A stretch of 64,000 nucleotides of DNA, from contig CM082596.2 of assembly GCA_040954595.2 (NCBI GenBank), positions 7,704,468 through 7,768,467 of the forward strand, in the 5' to 3' direction. Origin of the DNA: Balanoglossus misakiensis. Taxonomy: Eukaryota > Animalia > Hemichordata. The position numbers were made by a program, and so were the translations under genes. Each line of letters begins with the position of its first letter. Position 1 is the first letter of the stretch. The notes beneath the pieces were generated by a model. That model made no database searches. It had not been told where the DNA came from and saw only the letters and a program-made list of their open reading frames with translations. This document shows, piece by piece, positions 14,442 through 28,619 of this stretch.

Positions 14442-14660
14442 TACATACATACTTTCATTCTTTCATACATACATACATACATACATACATACATACATAC
14501 ATACATACATACATACATACATACATACATACATACATACATACATACATACATACATACATACATACATACATACATACTTTCATTCTTTCATACATAC
14601 ATACATACATACATACATACATACATACATACATACATACATACATACATACATGTACAT
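14442..14660. repeat. (CATA)n microsatellite with a duplicated CTTTCATTCTTT interruption
   Basis: Interruption at ~14452 and ~14580; the array ends in TACATGTACAT. Confidence 0.95.
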
Positions 14661-17600
14661 TATCACATACAAAGTACATGCGGTCAAAGCTAGCAAACAT
14701 GTTTTGGATTTTTAAAGGTTTAAAGGCTATGTTTACTATTTTGTGTTCCACATCGATATCCACACCAAAGGATTTAAGATTCTTCCGTCTCTGATTTGGA
14801 GTCACTCGATACACCCCCGGGTTGTCTAGCGGCATTTAACATCAATGGAGCGCATATCACATTACGCAAGAATAGTGAGTAGGAAAATTGAAACGTCAAT
14901 ACCACGAAGTACGCGATCGAAGCGCTCTTTTCCCTCTGTTTTTACAACTTTTATCGACTATACGCCGGTTAGTTTAAATGTCAACAACCAGGCCGCTGTT
15001 TGGGGAAAGGCGGTACATTCAGGATCTAAGGAATTCAGTGAACAGCTTTTATAAATTGATTTCACGACAAGCACTTTAAAAGCTAGCTATAAGGGGGAAA
15101 AGTCGAAATCTTCCATGCTGTCTAAGGGTTATGCTGTGTGAAAGTCAATATACTATGGGTATCACCCACTCCAAACTAAATCACATTACTTTTTGGTGAT
15201 ATTATCACAGCAAACAATTGTGCCGATATGAATAATGTGATACGTGAATTACCCGTATGCAAATAATAACACTATGATGTCATCAATGAATATTAAAGAT
15301 GGCAAATGCAGTAATAAGCTTCCAGCTGGTGTCAAATAACAGAGAGTTATATGACATTTACCGCTGAATGAAAACCACAAACTTGTATGAAGCTGTATTT
15401 ATCGCAAAAAATACTAAACATCTGAGATCTCTTGCATCTGAATAATGTGCGATTATTACATTTAAATGGCTGAAATATTTTGGAGAAGTTACTTTGCATG
15501 AAGTGAATTCCTCTCATCTCTCAAATTTCAAACACAACGATAAACAACAAAAATCTTTGCATTTTGCGGACCCTATGACTCATTAATTGATTGTTTATTA
15601 TATGCAAAATTCCTCACAACAACATCAAGTATGTTGCCTTAATTTGCCTAGTGTAGGCATCACATGATGCATGGCTTTGATTGAGATAGATTCAGTCACG
15701 GTGCTCATGCGCACCAGGCCAGCGGCCTCTAACAAGTGTGAAGTTGACTATATCCAACACACCTAAAGTTTGTGTGCGTCAACGCAGTGGACTTCAATCT
15801 AATTAGCGCGCGGAAGACGAACGGTGTCAGGAAGTTAGTAATCATTGCTTTTCGATTTCGCATGGCAGAGGCATGGTTCGGTATGTCTGCATGGTTTTGG
15901 CAGTGTCCTCTGAAGTGCAGAAACTTCTGTTGTTGTGTAATGTTGTCCGATCAAAAGAAGATAACGCCCAGGGATACTATGCTGTAGGTAAATTGTGTAT
16001 GCCTCAGTCATGTACTGTCACAAGATACACTGTCCACGATCCATATGACTGTAATTCCCTAAGCTGTGTAAATTGTAATTAAACTCGATTCATACAGGTC
16101 GATATTTTATTTCGTAACTCATTAATTTGTAATTTTAACTCTGTTTCTGCAAGTCACAATTGAATTGTATTCATAGACGCCCAGTGCATTTATCAAAAAA
16201 CTTAGGGCTACCTATACACCAAAGTTCGAATCGAGACAGGCACACTATAGAACCCGGGCCCCACTTTCCAAACCAGGCATTCCTACCATACGGATCTCGT
16301 CCGCAGCTGTACCGTATTTGAGTCCGAACCAGCTGCCCATAAAGGAAATTGGAAGTCACATGTCATTCTGCGAATCTATACATCGATCGTTCTATATGAA
16401 AGCATGCGAGATGTGCAAATAAATAACGCGCCGTTCACAAAATATGGAATACACAGACGCGAGCAATAATAAAATGAGGCCAGCGACTTTGATTAAAAGT
16501 AAATTATGTCGCCCGAAATATCTTACATGTACACCTATTAGTCAAATTGGTTGCGTGACAGCACAGAATGAGTGTTTTGCAAGCCCGCGCGCTGTGATGG
16601 CAAAATCCAATAAGCCAATGCAGGGTTTAGGAAAGACTTGTCCTCGCGGACAGGTATGCGCATGGCCTGGGTGTGCCATCTGCTGCAAAGAGTTTTGACT
16701 GCCCGTTAGTACAGCGATGTGTTATTGATGAATGTTAACAAAGTCAGGGACTACATCTAACATCGTCTCTCCGCTAATTATGGACGAAACAGCGGGTGTT
16801 CGCGAAATGAACGCGAACAATACACGAGGGGTGTCTATCGACTGGGCAACACGTTAAGGACATCAATTTTCATCGTTCACCGGCATAAACGCGGAAATCG
16901 CCGTAGATCAAGCGATTTGTGATTTGCAAATTGAGCGCTGCAGGGTACCCCCAGGGAGTGGCTCATCACCCCCGTCGTTTCAAGAGGAATCAAACTTCCC
17001 ATCAAGTTTCAACCCATTTTGTGTTGGAGATACATCATGATAAGACTTCTTCTCCAGAAATTCATTCAACTGATTACTTCCGTTATCTTCACGTCGTACA
17101 TGTATGAGTATATGACTGAGTCAGCCCACCAATTGGCCTCCGAGTCGGGAAAAATACTTCCACAGAAATAAACATGTTTAAAATGTTTTCACTTGCTGCT
17201 ATTAAAATCAAAGCTTGTGTCTTGGAATTTTAAATGTAGATTTGTATTTGTAAAATAAAAGTGTACAAGCAGCTCAAATGCCCACCATATATAGGGTTAC
17301 ATAGGAGATAATTATAAATAATTATTACCTACATAACCTTTTAATATTGCCTTATGACTTTGGCTTTGTCCGATGACTTAGCAATACCCACGCACCGTGT
17401 ATTAGACAAGCATTGAATTCATGTAAATTCAAATCCTCGAAAACCTTGCCTTACAGTATGCTAATCCGATTGTTGAACTCAGAATGAAAAATTATCTCGA
17501 CTTATTAAAGTTTTCCTTCTGTAAGATTTGTCATGGTGTACCTTATCCAAAATGGAATACTTATTACCTGTGCGTTGTTGATGGCCCTCGAACCTCTCAG

Positions 17601-18179
17601 AGCAGAACTGAGATTGTCTTCATAAATGTTTAATTGGAGAGTTATCAGAAGCAAACAAGTCGAGCAGTTTAGGGCACTTCATTGCAGTCAATATGTCAGA
17701 AAACCTTGTAATAAGTGTGTCTCGGAGGTACAATAAGACTAATGCAGTTCCAAATATCACAACAACAGTTTATCCTCAGAAGTGCGTCACTCGCTGAAGT
17801 TTTCAAGAAAGGTATGAGTTTCACACATTGGGAATACTAAGTATGCGAAATATAACGCCCCGTACATTTAGAGAATGGAAATCCTGAATGACTTCCCGTA
17901 CTTTTGCCTACGTGAACGACAAGTCAGAAACATTATATAGATTTATTAAGTGAGATGTGAGTTCCAAAATTGTATTTATTATCTTGATTAATCGTAAGAA
18001 ATTGCTGTTTACACGTACATGTAAACATACATAGACTAATTTTGAGTAAATTGTATTCAAAATGGTCGCCAAACCTCGCGTTAATTCAACGAGAAGTTGA
18101 CAAGATTTGATTGGAAAACAAAATGGTGAACACCCAAGTTTCGTAAATTTTGAAGCACCAAAGAAACTTTAATATATCA

Positions 18180-19000
18180 GGGATGCTTTCTGGAGGTCTG
18201 TCGCGAGGTATATTTTTCTTTATAACACGATATTAAGTTAATATTAAAGAAACTCGGTGACAATTTTACCCCTGAAGACGGTCTGTGGCTTTTATTTGAT
18301 ATGACACTTGGTGCACACGCACTTTTGGGTGAGTGTGCCGGTAGTATTGCCTGGCTTATAAAATCTGCGTAATTAGAATCTGCAAAGAATATAAAAAATG
18401 TGCTGCAGGAAAAAATGAATGTATGTATGTAACAGAGTGATCTAATATGGGTTTGGGAGATGCAGAATGCAGATATGAATCCGAAGATGCCGCGAGGGAT
18501 ATGATTGAGTGTTGCGTTACATGAGAAATTAATCGTAAACTTGTAAGATGGTAGGAGACAGACGTGTATTGTTAAGTAAGTTCTGAATTCTATGAACACA
18601 AGGAAAGATATATATTTCATAATAGAAGTTATGTTTTGAACGTATTTGCATGTAATGCGCGATTGTGTTTGGGCGCGTTAAGAGGGGTCGCTCAAAATTG
18701 TAAAAAATTAGTGCGGTTTAGCGAGACACCGTTAATTGAGGGTGCATATGAGTTTGAATGACCGAATGGGTTTTTGAGTGCCGACTTCTTTGCCGTGCGA
18801 ATTCGAAGATTTGAGTTTGAATCCTGCAAAACATAAGTCTGTTCGTGAGGAACAAAATGCAACTTACAGAGACATAACCGTGTCGAGTGATTAAAATCGA
18901 TGACGCCACCTGTGTTGGTTGAAGTCGACTGGGGGAAAAGCGAATTCCTGATTAACCCGTCTGGAGAAATATTAATTTGAAAATGGTATACGAAAAAAAA
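18180..19000 (+). mobile_element. Degraded 3' part of a LINE ORF2 (L1/Tx1-clade-like)
   Basis: Frame-shifted translation gives AFWRSVARYIF..., GLGDAECRYESEDAARDMIECC (remnant resembling the zf-RVT C..C...E...H.F..C), VLNVFACNARLCLGALR... and VRIRRFEFESCK, in the order typical of Tx1/L1 C-termini. Many stops. Confidence 0.45.
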
Positions 19001-20559
19001 ATGACAGTATAAGAAGGGTAAATTGTTTTATGGGAGTCAGGGGTCACTTGCTTAGCGCGGAACAAGCATAAAATGCTGTATTGTATATCAGTTATGCTTG
19101 TGCCTGTACTGTAACCGCGATCACGACATCCATTATGCCACCTAAAATGTGTATAATGTAACGCGCTTGAGTCGTCAAACTACTTTCACTTCAGCGAAAG
19201 TGTAAAACGATAAAGCTTTTAAAAAATGGTCGAAGGTTCATTGCGGTAAAATGTGTTGAGGGAAATCAGCGTCAATGACTTTCACGAATGTCTTGGGAAT
19301 CAAGCGGAGGAGCTGAATTGATTTTTTGCTGGTAATCTCTCTGTTCAATCTCTCTGTAAACAAAAGCTCGCAAAACCGTCAGGACTGGTTGGTAATTCAC
19401 ACCACGCTTTGTATCGTCCTTGGTTGTGTGCATTGGGAACAGTGTATGAGGCAAGTAATCATTGGACAGCAATGTAATCAAGAAAAATACTTGATCAAAC
19501 AACTGCAACCACCAACTATCAAATGATTATATACATTCTCTAATGGGCTGTCTTTAATTTTGAAGGCTACGACAACACTGCTGTCTCTTTTTATTTTCAG
19601 GTGTAATAATAATGAACTCTCCGCGCAGAAATTTTCATCTAACTTGAAAGTAAATACCTCGTAGGGGAGAGCAACCTAATCCTAATTTGTACATAAACTT
19701 CAGAGTGGCATAGCTTGTAATTTTGATCTAATCTTGCCCGCCACGATACTTTGCGTGGACACGGTCGCAGAATATTGTCGGCTGGTCGTACGAATGTTTT
19801 GACTCTTTGATGAAAACTGTTCGACTGTTAGATTTTTTACGCTTCGTGTAAACGTAGTAAAAATATCAACACATAACTTGATGAAAAAAGAGCTACTTTT
19901 TTAAAAATAATTCCACGGAGGTTTCTCACATCGTGTCCCAAGAATGAAGTTGACGACATCAACGCTACAGCAATCGCGTCCCAGACAAATTTCTCATTTC
20001 ACCATGCCAACACATAGAAATTGTAGTCCGACGCACAACAACATGGCGACCCCACCTCACAAAGTGCCAAAAGTTACACCCATTTTTGTTGCCTCTGATT
20101 TCAACCAAACAGTAATCCGCGACAAAGCTTGCATTGACTTTTTATCACTTTGGGGGAATTCATACCAGGGTACGACTTGCATCACCGAGTTGCTATAAAA
20201 GCGACACCCGTGTTGGGTGACACAAAAGAGCGGGAGAATAGAATAGGCCAGCGCTGCAGCGGTTTGTATTTCACTCTTAAATTTTATAGGGCGATATGAA
20301 AATAGTGGTCTTGGTGCTACAAAGGGTCGCGTTAGGCAACACTACTTCGTGGTCATATCACCTGATAAGGAGAAGGAGCCTATTCTGTGTGTGCACTTCT
20401 AGAGTAAAAAAAGCCATGGCATATATGAGGTAGTTTACAGGAGAAAAAAAACGCGGCATTAACTTGAAACCTAAAACACCTTTCCCATTTGTTTGAACAT
20501 TAATACGTAACTATATGTGCACAATCAGAAACCGCCACTCACAACACTGATGGGACATG

Positions 20560-21747
20560 ATGGAATAATTATGCACAGGAACTCCTTACCTCAATATGAC
20601 AGTTTCCCGGCCTCTCTTTCTGTTATTGCAATATTTTCCCCTGAATTCCTCGGGCTTTTCTGGCGCGCTAGTGATTCACTCTGTCGGGAGAACGGCGAAG
20701 TCTTTTTCTCATATGCGCCTCGACTGTGTCATCAATGTCCTGGCGATCGCTGAAAAGGTTCTTTTTAAGGATTACTCTCCCTCCCCCAGATCGTCCTACT
20801 GATGACGTAGTCGCCCGAGTCACATGGTCAAGCCATCGATTAGACTCCCTTCTCGCGGAGGTGAAGTCACATGACAATAGCCAAGAATGTCAAACAAACA
20901 GACGCTGTTGTGAGTGTCATTCATCCGGTGGGTTTTGGCTGAGTCGGAGGCGCGCCAAAAAAGGACACCAAAGCAGGCCTTATATGGAGAAAGCTTTGGA
21001 TGATTAAAACCCAATAAATTGCCATCTCCTGCACTGTTGTCGCTGGATCGATAAGCAAATTACTCATACATCGTATTGCCAGATAGTAGTAAAACCAAAT
21101 CTCCCACAATGGGCTTTTTGTCAAACGCTGTGTTGATTTCACCGGGTTTTCAAGTTGGGTTATTTTTCAATTAAACCAATATAAATACATTAGAAAAGCA
21201 ATTAACTCTGGGGTTTTACATCCTTTTGCTTTTTTCTCTCTCTGCACTGTGACGTTCTCTGATTGCGGTGAACAATCCCTTGTATAGCCGAGAGGTTTTT
21301 TTATTTTTCTTCCGGGATGACTTCAATAAGTACCGGTAAGTATTCAACCCGCTGATATCAACACGTGAATGGAGTCTGACTTCATTAAACGAGATTAGCG
21401 AATCAGGAGAGATGGAGTCAGTGTGAAAAACCACGTGGTGCACGAGTGCGCTATATTTAGATCGCTAACTCGCACGGCGATCCGAGCCGAAAGTGCTAGG
21501 AAGATTTAAAATATATAAATAAGAAAATCGACTACGTCAAGCGACTTTCTGTGACGTGGCATGCCGTCAGTAGTTAAGCTGTCGAATAAGGGAAGGTCGC
21601 GAGTGAAGTGCCTATGGGGCGTTTTCGTAAACGCAGAGTGGCATTTGGTGTCCCGACAATCCGGAGATTGGATTCTCGCTAAAACACAATTACTCTCAGC
21701 TGAGAAATGGTGTTAACCGCGCGATGTCTCGACGGCAGTGAGCTACC
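20560..21747. promoter_or_regulatory. CpG-rich promoter/enhancer-like island with CArG, MEF2, CRE-half and E-box motifs
   Basis: CCTTATATGG 20978-20987 and CCAAAAAAGG 20955-20964 (CC(A/T)6GG); CTATATTTAG 21451-21460; CACGTG 21432; TGACGT/ACGTCA near 20803, 21534, 21552; TATATAAA 21512; locally high CpG. Confidence 0.5.
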
Positions 21748-21748
21748 T

Positions 21749-24540
21749 ACAGTCCCAACAGAACAGAACAACTATTTGTACATTTCTGAATACGGCAAGT
21801 AGTACGTCAACCCTACGGGAACCTCTACGGGAACTATTGTTAGTTGTAGCAGAGTTTGCTGCAACAATTGTCTAAGGCCCATTTCCTTTTGTTACATTTC
21901 CGTAAAAACTACAGCAAATCCTTTACGGCAAGACATTAACAAGGGAAGCTTAACACCTCTACCCGTAAATACTGCTGCAACACCTGTCAATTAGCCCCCA
22001 CAGAGTGATGCCTTTTGTTCAAGGTGTTGATTATTTTGCTACAACTAGAGTGATTGACAGGTCTAGAACTAGAGTGCAACATTTTTGCAACAGGTCACTG
22101 CAACATTGTATCACAAAGTTTACAAAAGAAGCTCTGTCTAAAAATAAAATGGCAAAGGGCTGACATCAAATACCAATGAAGTCAGTTTTGGAATGATGTT
22201 ATGTTCATAGACAAAGTCTGAACTCTCTTGGTAACAGAACAGTCTGTGGACGTGAACAGAGGTCAACACATCCCTACCCCAGTGTTGTAGAATGCACATG
22301 TTTTGCTGGGGTTTCTTTTCTTTCAAGGAGCTGGACCAATTAATATTTGAGAGATACAGCATGACCAATGGAAAATCAAACACAATGACGCATTTCACAA
22401 TTGGGTTTAGCTTAAAAGACATTGGCTTTCATTTTTTTTACCTGCTGCCCCCCCCCCCCTTACATGAAGACCCTGATAATAAAAAGTAGGCTTGTTTACA
22501 AAATAATGTTGGCCTGCAGTACCACCATCCGCTGCAGTTTGATCTTTAGAACAGACAAGTTTTGAGAGTCTTTACTATAATTTTGAAGGGTTTCATAAGT
22601 AGTAATGGTCTGTATTATTTCAATATTCTATTATTACGGCAATGGATATACACACATTTTCCGACGGGCAGTGCTTGAACATGATGGGAAGTGACTGGCA
22701 GCAATTAGTTGGCCGGTTTGGGATGAATGACCTACATGTTTACTCATTATATATTCACGCAATTTGTTTAGTCTAAGCAAGCCCCTGCACTTGGCAGAAT
22801 TTGGATACAATTTGCCTGTCAATCATTGTCTGGCTACCTCTTGCCCCCAAAGTCCGCGCCTGATAAAATACATTCAATGAGCGACCTTTATATCCAGACA
22901 GAGAGGGGGTGGCCGCAGTGAATGAATTGATGGTAAGTTTCAAATTCACATGTAAAATTTTAACATTTTCTGTTCAAATCCAGCCAGTTCAATGTATTGT
23001 TTAATCAACATTCCTGAAATAAAAAGTTGACAACAAAGTGATTACTACGAGCGGGCATGCATGACAGTATTGATCGCTGAACTTTCAACGAAATACACTG
23101 GTATAGTGGTTTAGTCCAAATGCGTCTTTGTCAAGCTCTCGGGTGCGTGAATATTCATGAGAAACTTATTACTGCGAACGTACATTCACAACGTGAAACT
23201 AGTCCTATTATTTCAGAGCACTTGCCAAATGGTCAAATCATGGTGGTAAAAGATCGTCCTCCACCTGTGTCAAACGGCTTTTGATGTGAATAATACTTTG
23301 CATAAATTACGAGGTCAACATGTGTGGTAGTGCCGGTAGTATCGATATCGACCTGGTAAAAAGATGAGCGGCTAGACGTCCTGCTGCCGTGTCTAACGGC
23401 TTTTGACGTGAATAATAATTTGAATAAATTACGAGGTCAACATGTGGCCGATTTCATCATGTAAATAAAAAGCACATGGGTCCAAAAGTTTCAGGCACTC
23501 TGATATGCATAGTGGTGTCAGAGGTGTTTCCCACACCAAAACTTAGAAGACAGTCATTTCAATTACGGCCTCCTGCCAAACTCAACACATGCGCACAAAA
23601 TGGAACTGCAACTTTATTCACAAATCTGCAGAATTCTAGTGCAAAAAACAGACAAACTCAAAATACACATCGCACCATGGTTCACTCTGAATTATTTGGA
23701 CTTTCACTGGGCCATGTCTCTGCTTGATAGCGTCAGGTTTGCAACACATTGTTGCCAAATTTACACATATTGACAAGGTAATCAAAACAACAGGTGTTTT
23801 ATTACTCGCGGTATCACTAATGCCAGGGAGGTCTGTCTGCGTCTATTTGGTCACCAGCATGGCACACTCCTGTAATTATAATTGCTGTTTTGAGTGCGTC
23901 TTTACCTAATTTGAATATCCTGATCAGGTTGTTGGCCTTGCCCTAGTTGTCTCAAAATGTACATTGATACAAACAATTGCAACATATTAGTCAATACCCT
24001 GCCAACTTACGCCAAGTGTACATGTTGTTATGGAAGTTTATTTTTAGAACCGCTTGCGTTCTGCATAGGTCACAACACAAAACTTTGAAGCCCGTCAGCT
24101 AGCCCTGCATAGCGTATGTAAAGCTACTGAGACAGGGGAAATATTAGTAAGGTTGACAACTGACTTGCTCGCTATCAAGATTTAGAAGGAATTTATTTGC
24201 TTAGTGAGGCCAGGACATTAATTGCCCCCAACCAAGCAAAATCCACGTGGGTGGAGCTCATTATCACACATAGACATTGCTACAACTATTGTTCACATCA
24301 GGGTGATAATCACCTCCCCATTAGCCCTTCTTGCCGTAACACCTGCCCCAAATTGCCGTAATGGAGCACACATTCTTTTGTTTCAAACTACGGGAACCTT
24401 TGTAGTTGCCGTAAACTAAGACAAAAAACATCAATTAACCAACAAAAGAGGTGTTGCCGTAACATCTCTGCTACAACACTGCTACAACTAGTGCGGGAAC
24501 TTTCCCGTACAGTTTAGTTGTTGTACGGTGTTGGGACTGT
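21749..24540. mobile_element. 2.8 kb non-autonomous DNA transposon with TIRs and subterminal repeat arrays
   Basis: Termini ACAGTCCCAACA...TGTTGGGACTGT are exact reverse complements, with a further ACAACTA/TAGTTGT match. Flanks fit either an ACCT TSD (21745-48, 24541-44) or a TA TSD. Both ends carry repeated CTACGGGAAC, TTGCCGTA/TACGGCAA and GCTACAAC motifs. No transposase ORF. Confidence 0.85.
23243..23446. repeat. Diverged tandem duplication (~110-120 bp period) inside the 2.8 kb element
   Basis: TGGTAAAA.GAT...GTGTC.AACGGCTTTTGA.GTGAATAATA.TTTG.ATAAATTACGAGGTCAACATGTG occurs twice. Confidence 0.85.
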
Positions 24541-25287
24541 ACCTCACACGCGTTTATGAATTGATACTTTGGAGAAGTTAAACACGCAAACGAGTCAGGT
24601 TACGATTTGCCACTGCCCCTGATCATCGACGCGCCAATCACCAATAGCAACATGTTCAAATCTCTGTTCAGGCGTATCTTTGAATATTCACAAATGACAC
24701 CATGATGTGTTCCTCGCAAACGGCATTCTAATAGATCAAAATATTAAATGCAAGAAACAGGCCACTTAAAGTTATGTGCTTTGTTCTACTTATAGGGAAA
24801 ATAAACGTAATTGTTTATTCTCAATATTACTACAAAAAGCACTATCCAAGTGTTAGTAATAAATTTTAACAGCACAAGGAAAGTGAAGGTAGTTAATGAA
24901 AGAAAAAAATAAGGACAAAATCAATCGCCTTAGTTACAACAAGTAATTTATTTTTTCAGAATTTCGTACATATTCATCAGACCATGCATACAATTAAACC
25001 ATCTTTTCCACTTCAGATGAAGGCATTTTATCATTTTAATGAACGATGAAAAGAGAGTACGCCCCAATGGATACACAATGGAAGTCATTTTAATAGAGAA
25101 TAAAAGCATACGAACAATTGACGTGCGTAGGCGCATTTCTAAATTCTATTTAGACAGGGCGTGGAACTGCAGTTATTTACTTCAGGACCCGCCATTGGCT
25201 GGGCTTATTTTTAAATCAATTTTTCGCTTTTGCTTTGTGTACAGTGTAAAAGAGTATTAAACGTGAGTCATGTTGCAAATGGTATTA

Positions 25288-25510
25288 AGGGAAAACCATT
25301 TGATTTATCTGGGGGGGGGGAGGATGGAGGATGTTAGGGGAAAAATTGTTTTCAGATGGTGCAGAGGAAAAATATTCTTCTGCAATGGCTTGAGGAAGAA
25401 AGGTGGACTGGCATTCGAATTTTTTTTCTGTAACAGTGGCTTAAAAGAATTGCTTATACACCCAAAACCTCCACCCCCCCCCCCAGAAATCAAATGGGTC
25501 TGACTCTCCT
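25288..25510. mobile_element. Degenerate G-tract MITE (Harbinger-like)
   Basis: Left GGGAAAACCATTTGATTTATCTGGGGGGGGGG..TGGAGG pairs with right CCTCCACCCCCCCCCCAGAAATCAAATGGG. Preceded by TAA; right terminus decayed. Confidence 0.65.
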
Positions 25511-28380
25511 TTTATACAAGGTCTTATTTTGCATGTAGGTACACGTGCTAAGGTATAATACCGTAGTTTAGCAATTGTACCAACTCATATTCCCTCAAAG
25601 GCCATGGGTCAAATGTCACATTTACATGGAACACATTTGGAGCATTAAACATATTTAAAATTAGGAGTCACTTTGCTACTTTATGAATTCGAACAACTTG
25701 AGTTTAGTCAGGTTGTAAAAAAATCTGCTGGATCAGCAAATTTCTCCATCGGTTTCCTACGCGCAAACCATTCAATAAAGTTGTCTCAAAATGAATCACG
25801 GTGACCATCGACGATTTCTTTTGATCTCTGAATTAGGTTTTTGTTGTGAACGAGTCGTTGGCTAAATTTTACGACACAACAATGGCAATGTGTCTTCCCC
25901 AGCTATTCTCAGCACAATCCCATGAGACGAGACAGGTTCCTCGTCTCATATAGTGCGAGTACATTCTAATCACTTAACGGCATATATCATCTACGTGACG
26001 TTCGGAAGCAAAACGCGCCTTAATATAAATCACAAGGGTAGGATTATCCTCAGTGATATTGTATATTACATATTATAAAAATGTATGGAAAAATAATAAA
26101 CACATTAATGTATTGTGAAAGAGATAATAACGACAGACCGGGGACAGAAATCCCACTTGTACAGTATGGAAATGCAGACATATGACGTAAAGAGATCGTC
26201 ATCTTTTGTCATGTACTTTAACTAGGTAACGTATTATGTTTTTTTGATGTTATCCGACCTTGAGTGTTTTATTGAGCTGAACATATAGTGATGATTGCCC
26301 CTGGCCAGTTTTGTGTGTGTGACCTTTATGACGTCAACATATGATGTAGAGCTCAGTGATATGGACAGGCGCGAACCAAATATATATTTCAGTATAGTCA
26401 CTGGGCAAAACTAGCTCTAACTTGGAATACTGTGAACAGTCGATAGTATGAACATCCATATTAGCAAACCCAAAAAAGCAGATCGAACTGCTTGAATATA
26501 TTCCCGCGCATTGCGAGATCTCGCGAGACATGGATAATTTCAGTGACGGTAGCTACGGGTTGCTTATAAGTCAAGTAAATATTAGGTAAACTAGAATAGG
26601 TGCAGTTTTTACCAAAAAAATTGTAACGTTTGTGTTTTTTTACACAATGGGCCATGTGGACGTTCTTCACTTGTCACATGAGAATAATGTCCTCCCATAT
26701 AAATCGCCTAGCCACGCAAGATCTCACATGGTCTCGTGGTGTTCGGAAAATTGTCTATCACAGCACACAGGACATGTCTCTGAGTGTGCAAACAATTTTT
26801 TTGCGAGTCTAAAGGTCAGGGCTGTTCGGTAAAATACATAATAATGGGCCCCTAAAAAGTCAAATTTAATGGTGTCATAAGGTAAAACACTGATCACCTC
26901 TTAAAACCTACTGGGAGAACCTGTGAAAGGAGTCTTAAGAAAAGATTTAAGCTCGCTGGGTTTTATCGGATTTCCTTTGTTGTAACAAGGCTAATCTGAC
27001 AGGCAGACTATGAGGCGTAAATTTTGATCTGAATATAGAGCTGGGTGGCCTTTACTTTTAACATCTTTGCACCGTGAAAGTTTAATTTGAGCCAGGTTCA
27101 TGATAAAGCATTGGGCGGTACACGGCATTTGGAACAAGTGTAGGGCGATGTTTATGATTTGATGAGAGAGAGGTCATCCCTTTCTTGGATAATACACCAC
27201 TGTTTTATTGTCATCGATATTAAGCGATAGCTTGATAGCAAAGTGTGTCCAAATTATGGCACACGAAGGAACAATTCTTAGATGCGCAAGTGGATTCATT
27301 AAGATACGATTGAAGTTAAACCCATTGAATGTAAAACGTGAAGGAAATTCTGCCAGAAGCATGTGTGACAGAAAAGTTAGGGGCAAGTCAGTCCAGTTTA
27401 CCCTATCTTCCCCATCATGGTTTGGTCCATATCAGTGCTTTTCTATGGTAAACCTGGACCTGTCTAAAGTGAAATGGGAGTGATCAAATCAGAAAAAAAT
27501 ACATGAATATCAGAGTCCTATCCTGTAGCTGAGGAGGTTGAAATATGTAATGACATTGTTTAATAACCATTGAATAAACTTAGTATTAAAAAAACTTCAG
27601 GATTGGCTTAATTGGATTTCATTAAGATAAAGTTAACTAATGCAAATTTATTTCACTAAGATTTTGTATAAACATACAACCAGATGGTGAAATGATCACA
27701 ATGCGACGCAAGGTGGAAATATGTTACATGATTCTCCAGTTTCAAATTTTGTAACCCAATAACTATTCATATACATGTATGCACAGAGCTTGTCCCAGCA
27801 TTCTGAAAGTACAGGTACACTGTATATCTCAATGTCATTCTGTCCCTGTAAATATACATAACAAATACTGCCGTCCTTCGAAATTGTCAATTTGCGTGTC
27901 ACATTGATTACAAGATACCAATCATTCAGTCAAGCACTGCCGTGCTGTTCAAAAGCATAACACACATGGCATTGAAGCGACCCTTATCTGTCAGTTTAAT
28001 CGCTAAGAGGTATTTTATGTTTGTCCCAGTGCGGTGCAATGTTAGCGTGACATTGAAACAAATCTACGACGTTGTTGCCATGGCGCTTAATTGTTGTGCA
28101 TAGTTTTTATCAGGGAGCTGCATGTGCGATGTCCGATGCCTTGGAGTACGTGACACATTAGACTCGGATGAATTCAAGCCTAGGCGGGCGACCTTGAAAT
28201 TGTGGCTAAATGCAGGTGGTGTGTCACCAAAGTCTAATCCGTAAGATCATAAAGTGAGAAAAACTTATTGGGACTATTGCAGTTTACCTTTTGCGAACAA
28301 TGTGTGTGATTTACAAGGAAATGGTTGTCGCATGCAAGTAGATCTATGCAAACGAGATTCTGTCTCTAACTACAGTTACC

Positions 28381-28428
28381 TAATCTATCTATCTATCGAT
28401 CTGTCTGTCTATCTAATATCTATCTATC
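28381..28428. repeat. Degenerate (ATCT)n/(GTCT)n microsatellite
   Basis: Directly visible. Confidence 0.8.
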
Positions 28429-28619
28429 GCTTGCAGTTTTTTGATAAGGTTGTAAAGTTTGCATAATTTAAAATGGGTATGCATTTCTGATCACATCAGC
28501 GTATGGGGAGATTTCCATGCAGCTAGTTGCAAAGTTTATCAAGGATCACTGTCTCTCGATGGATCATCGTGGTATTCTTACAGTATTGTGTAAACCGTAC
28601 TGTATAGAACTGTAAAGAT

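Noticed and set aside
18225-18445. ILKKLGDNFTPED...QSDL resembling a death effector domain
   Set aside because: The middle helices do not fit, and adjacent frames fit an L1/Tx1 ORF2 C-terminus better.
20726-21007. 93 aa ORF in the CpG island
   Set aside because: No recognisable domain; ORFs overlap on both strands, as expected for GC-rich regulatory DNA.
23099-23160. tRNA A-box-like TGGTATAGTGGT
   Set aside because: No B-box or cloverleaf follows.
25922-25949. 10 bp perfect hairpin ATGAGACGAG..CTCGTCTCAT
   Set aside because: Too short and single-copy in the window to assign.
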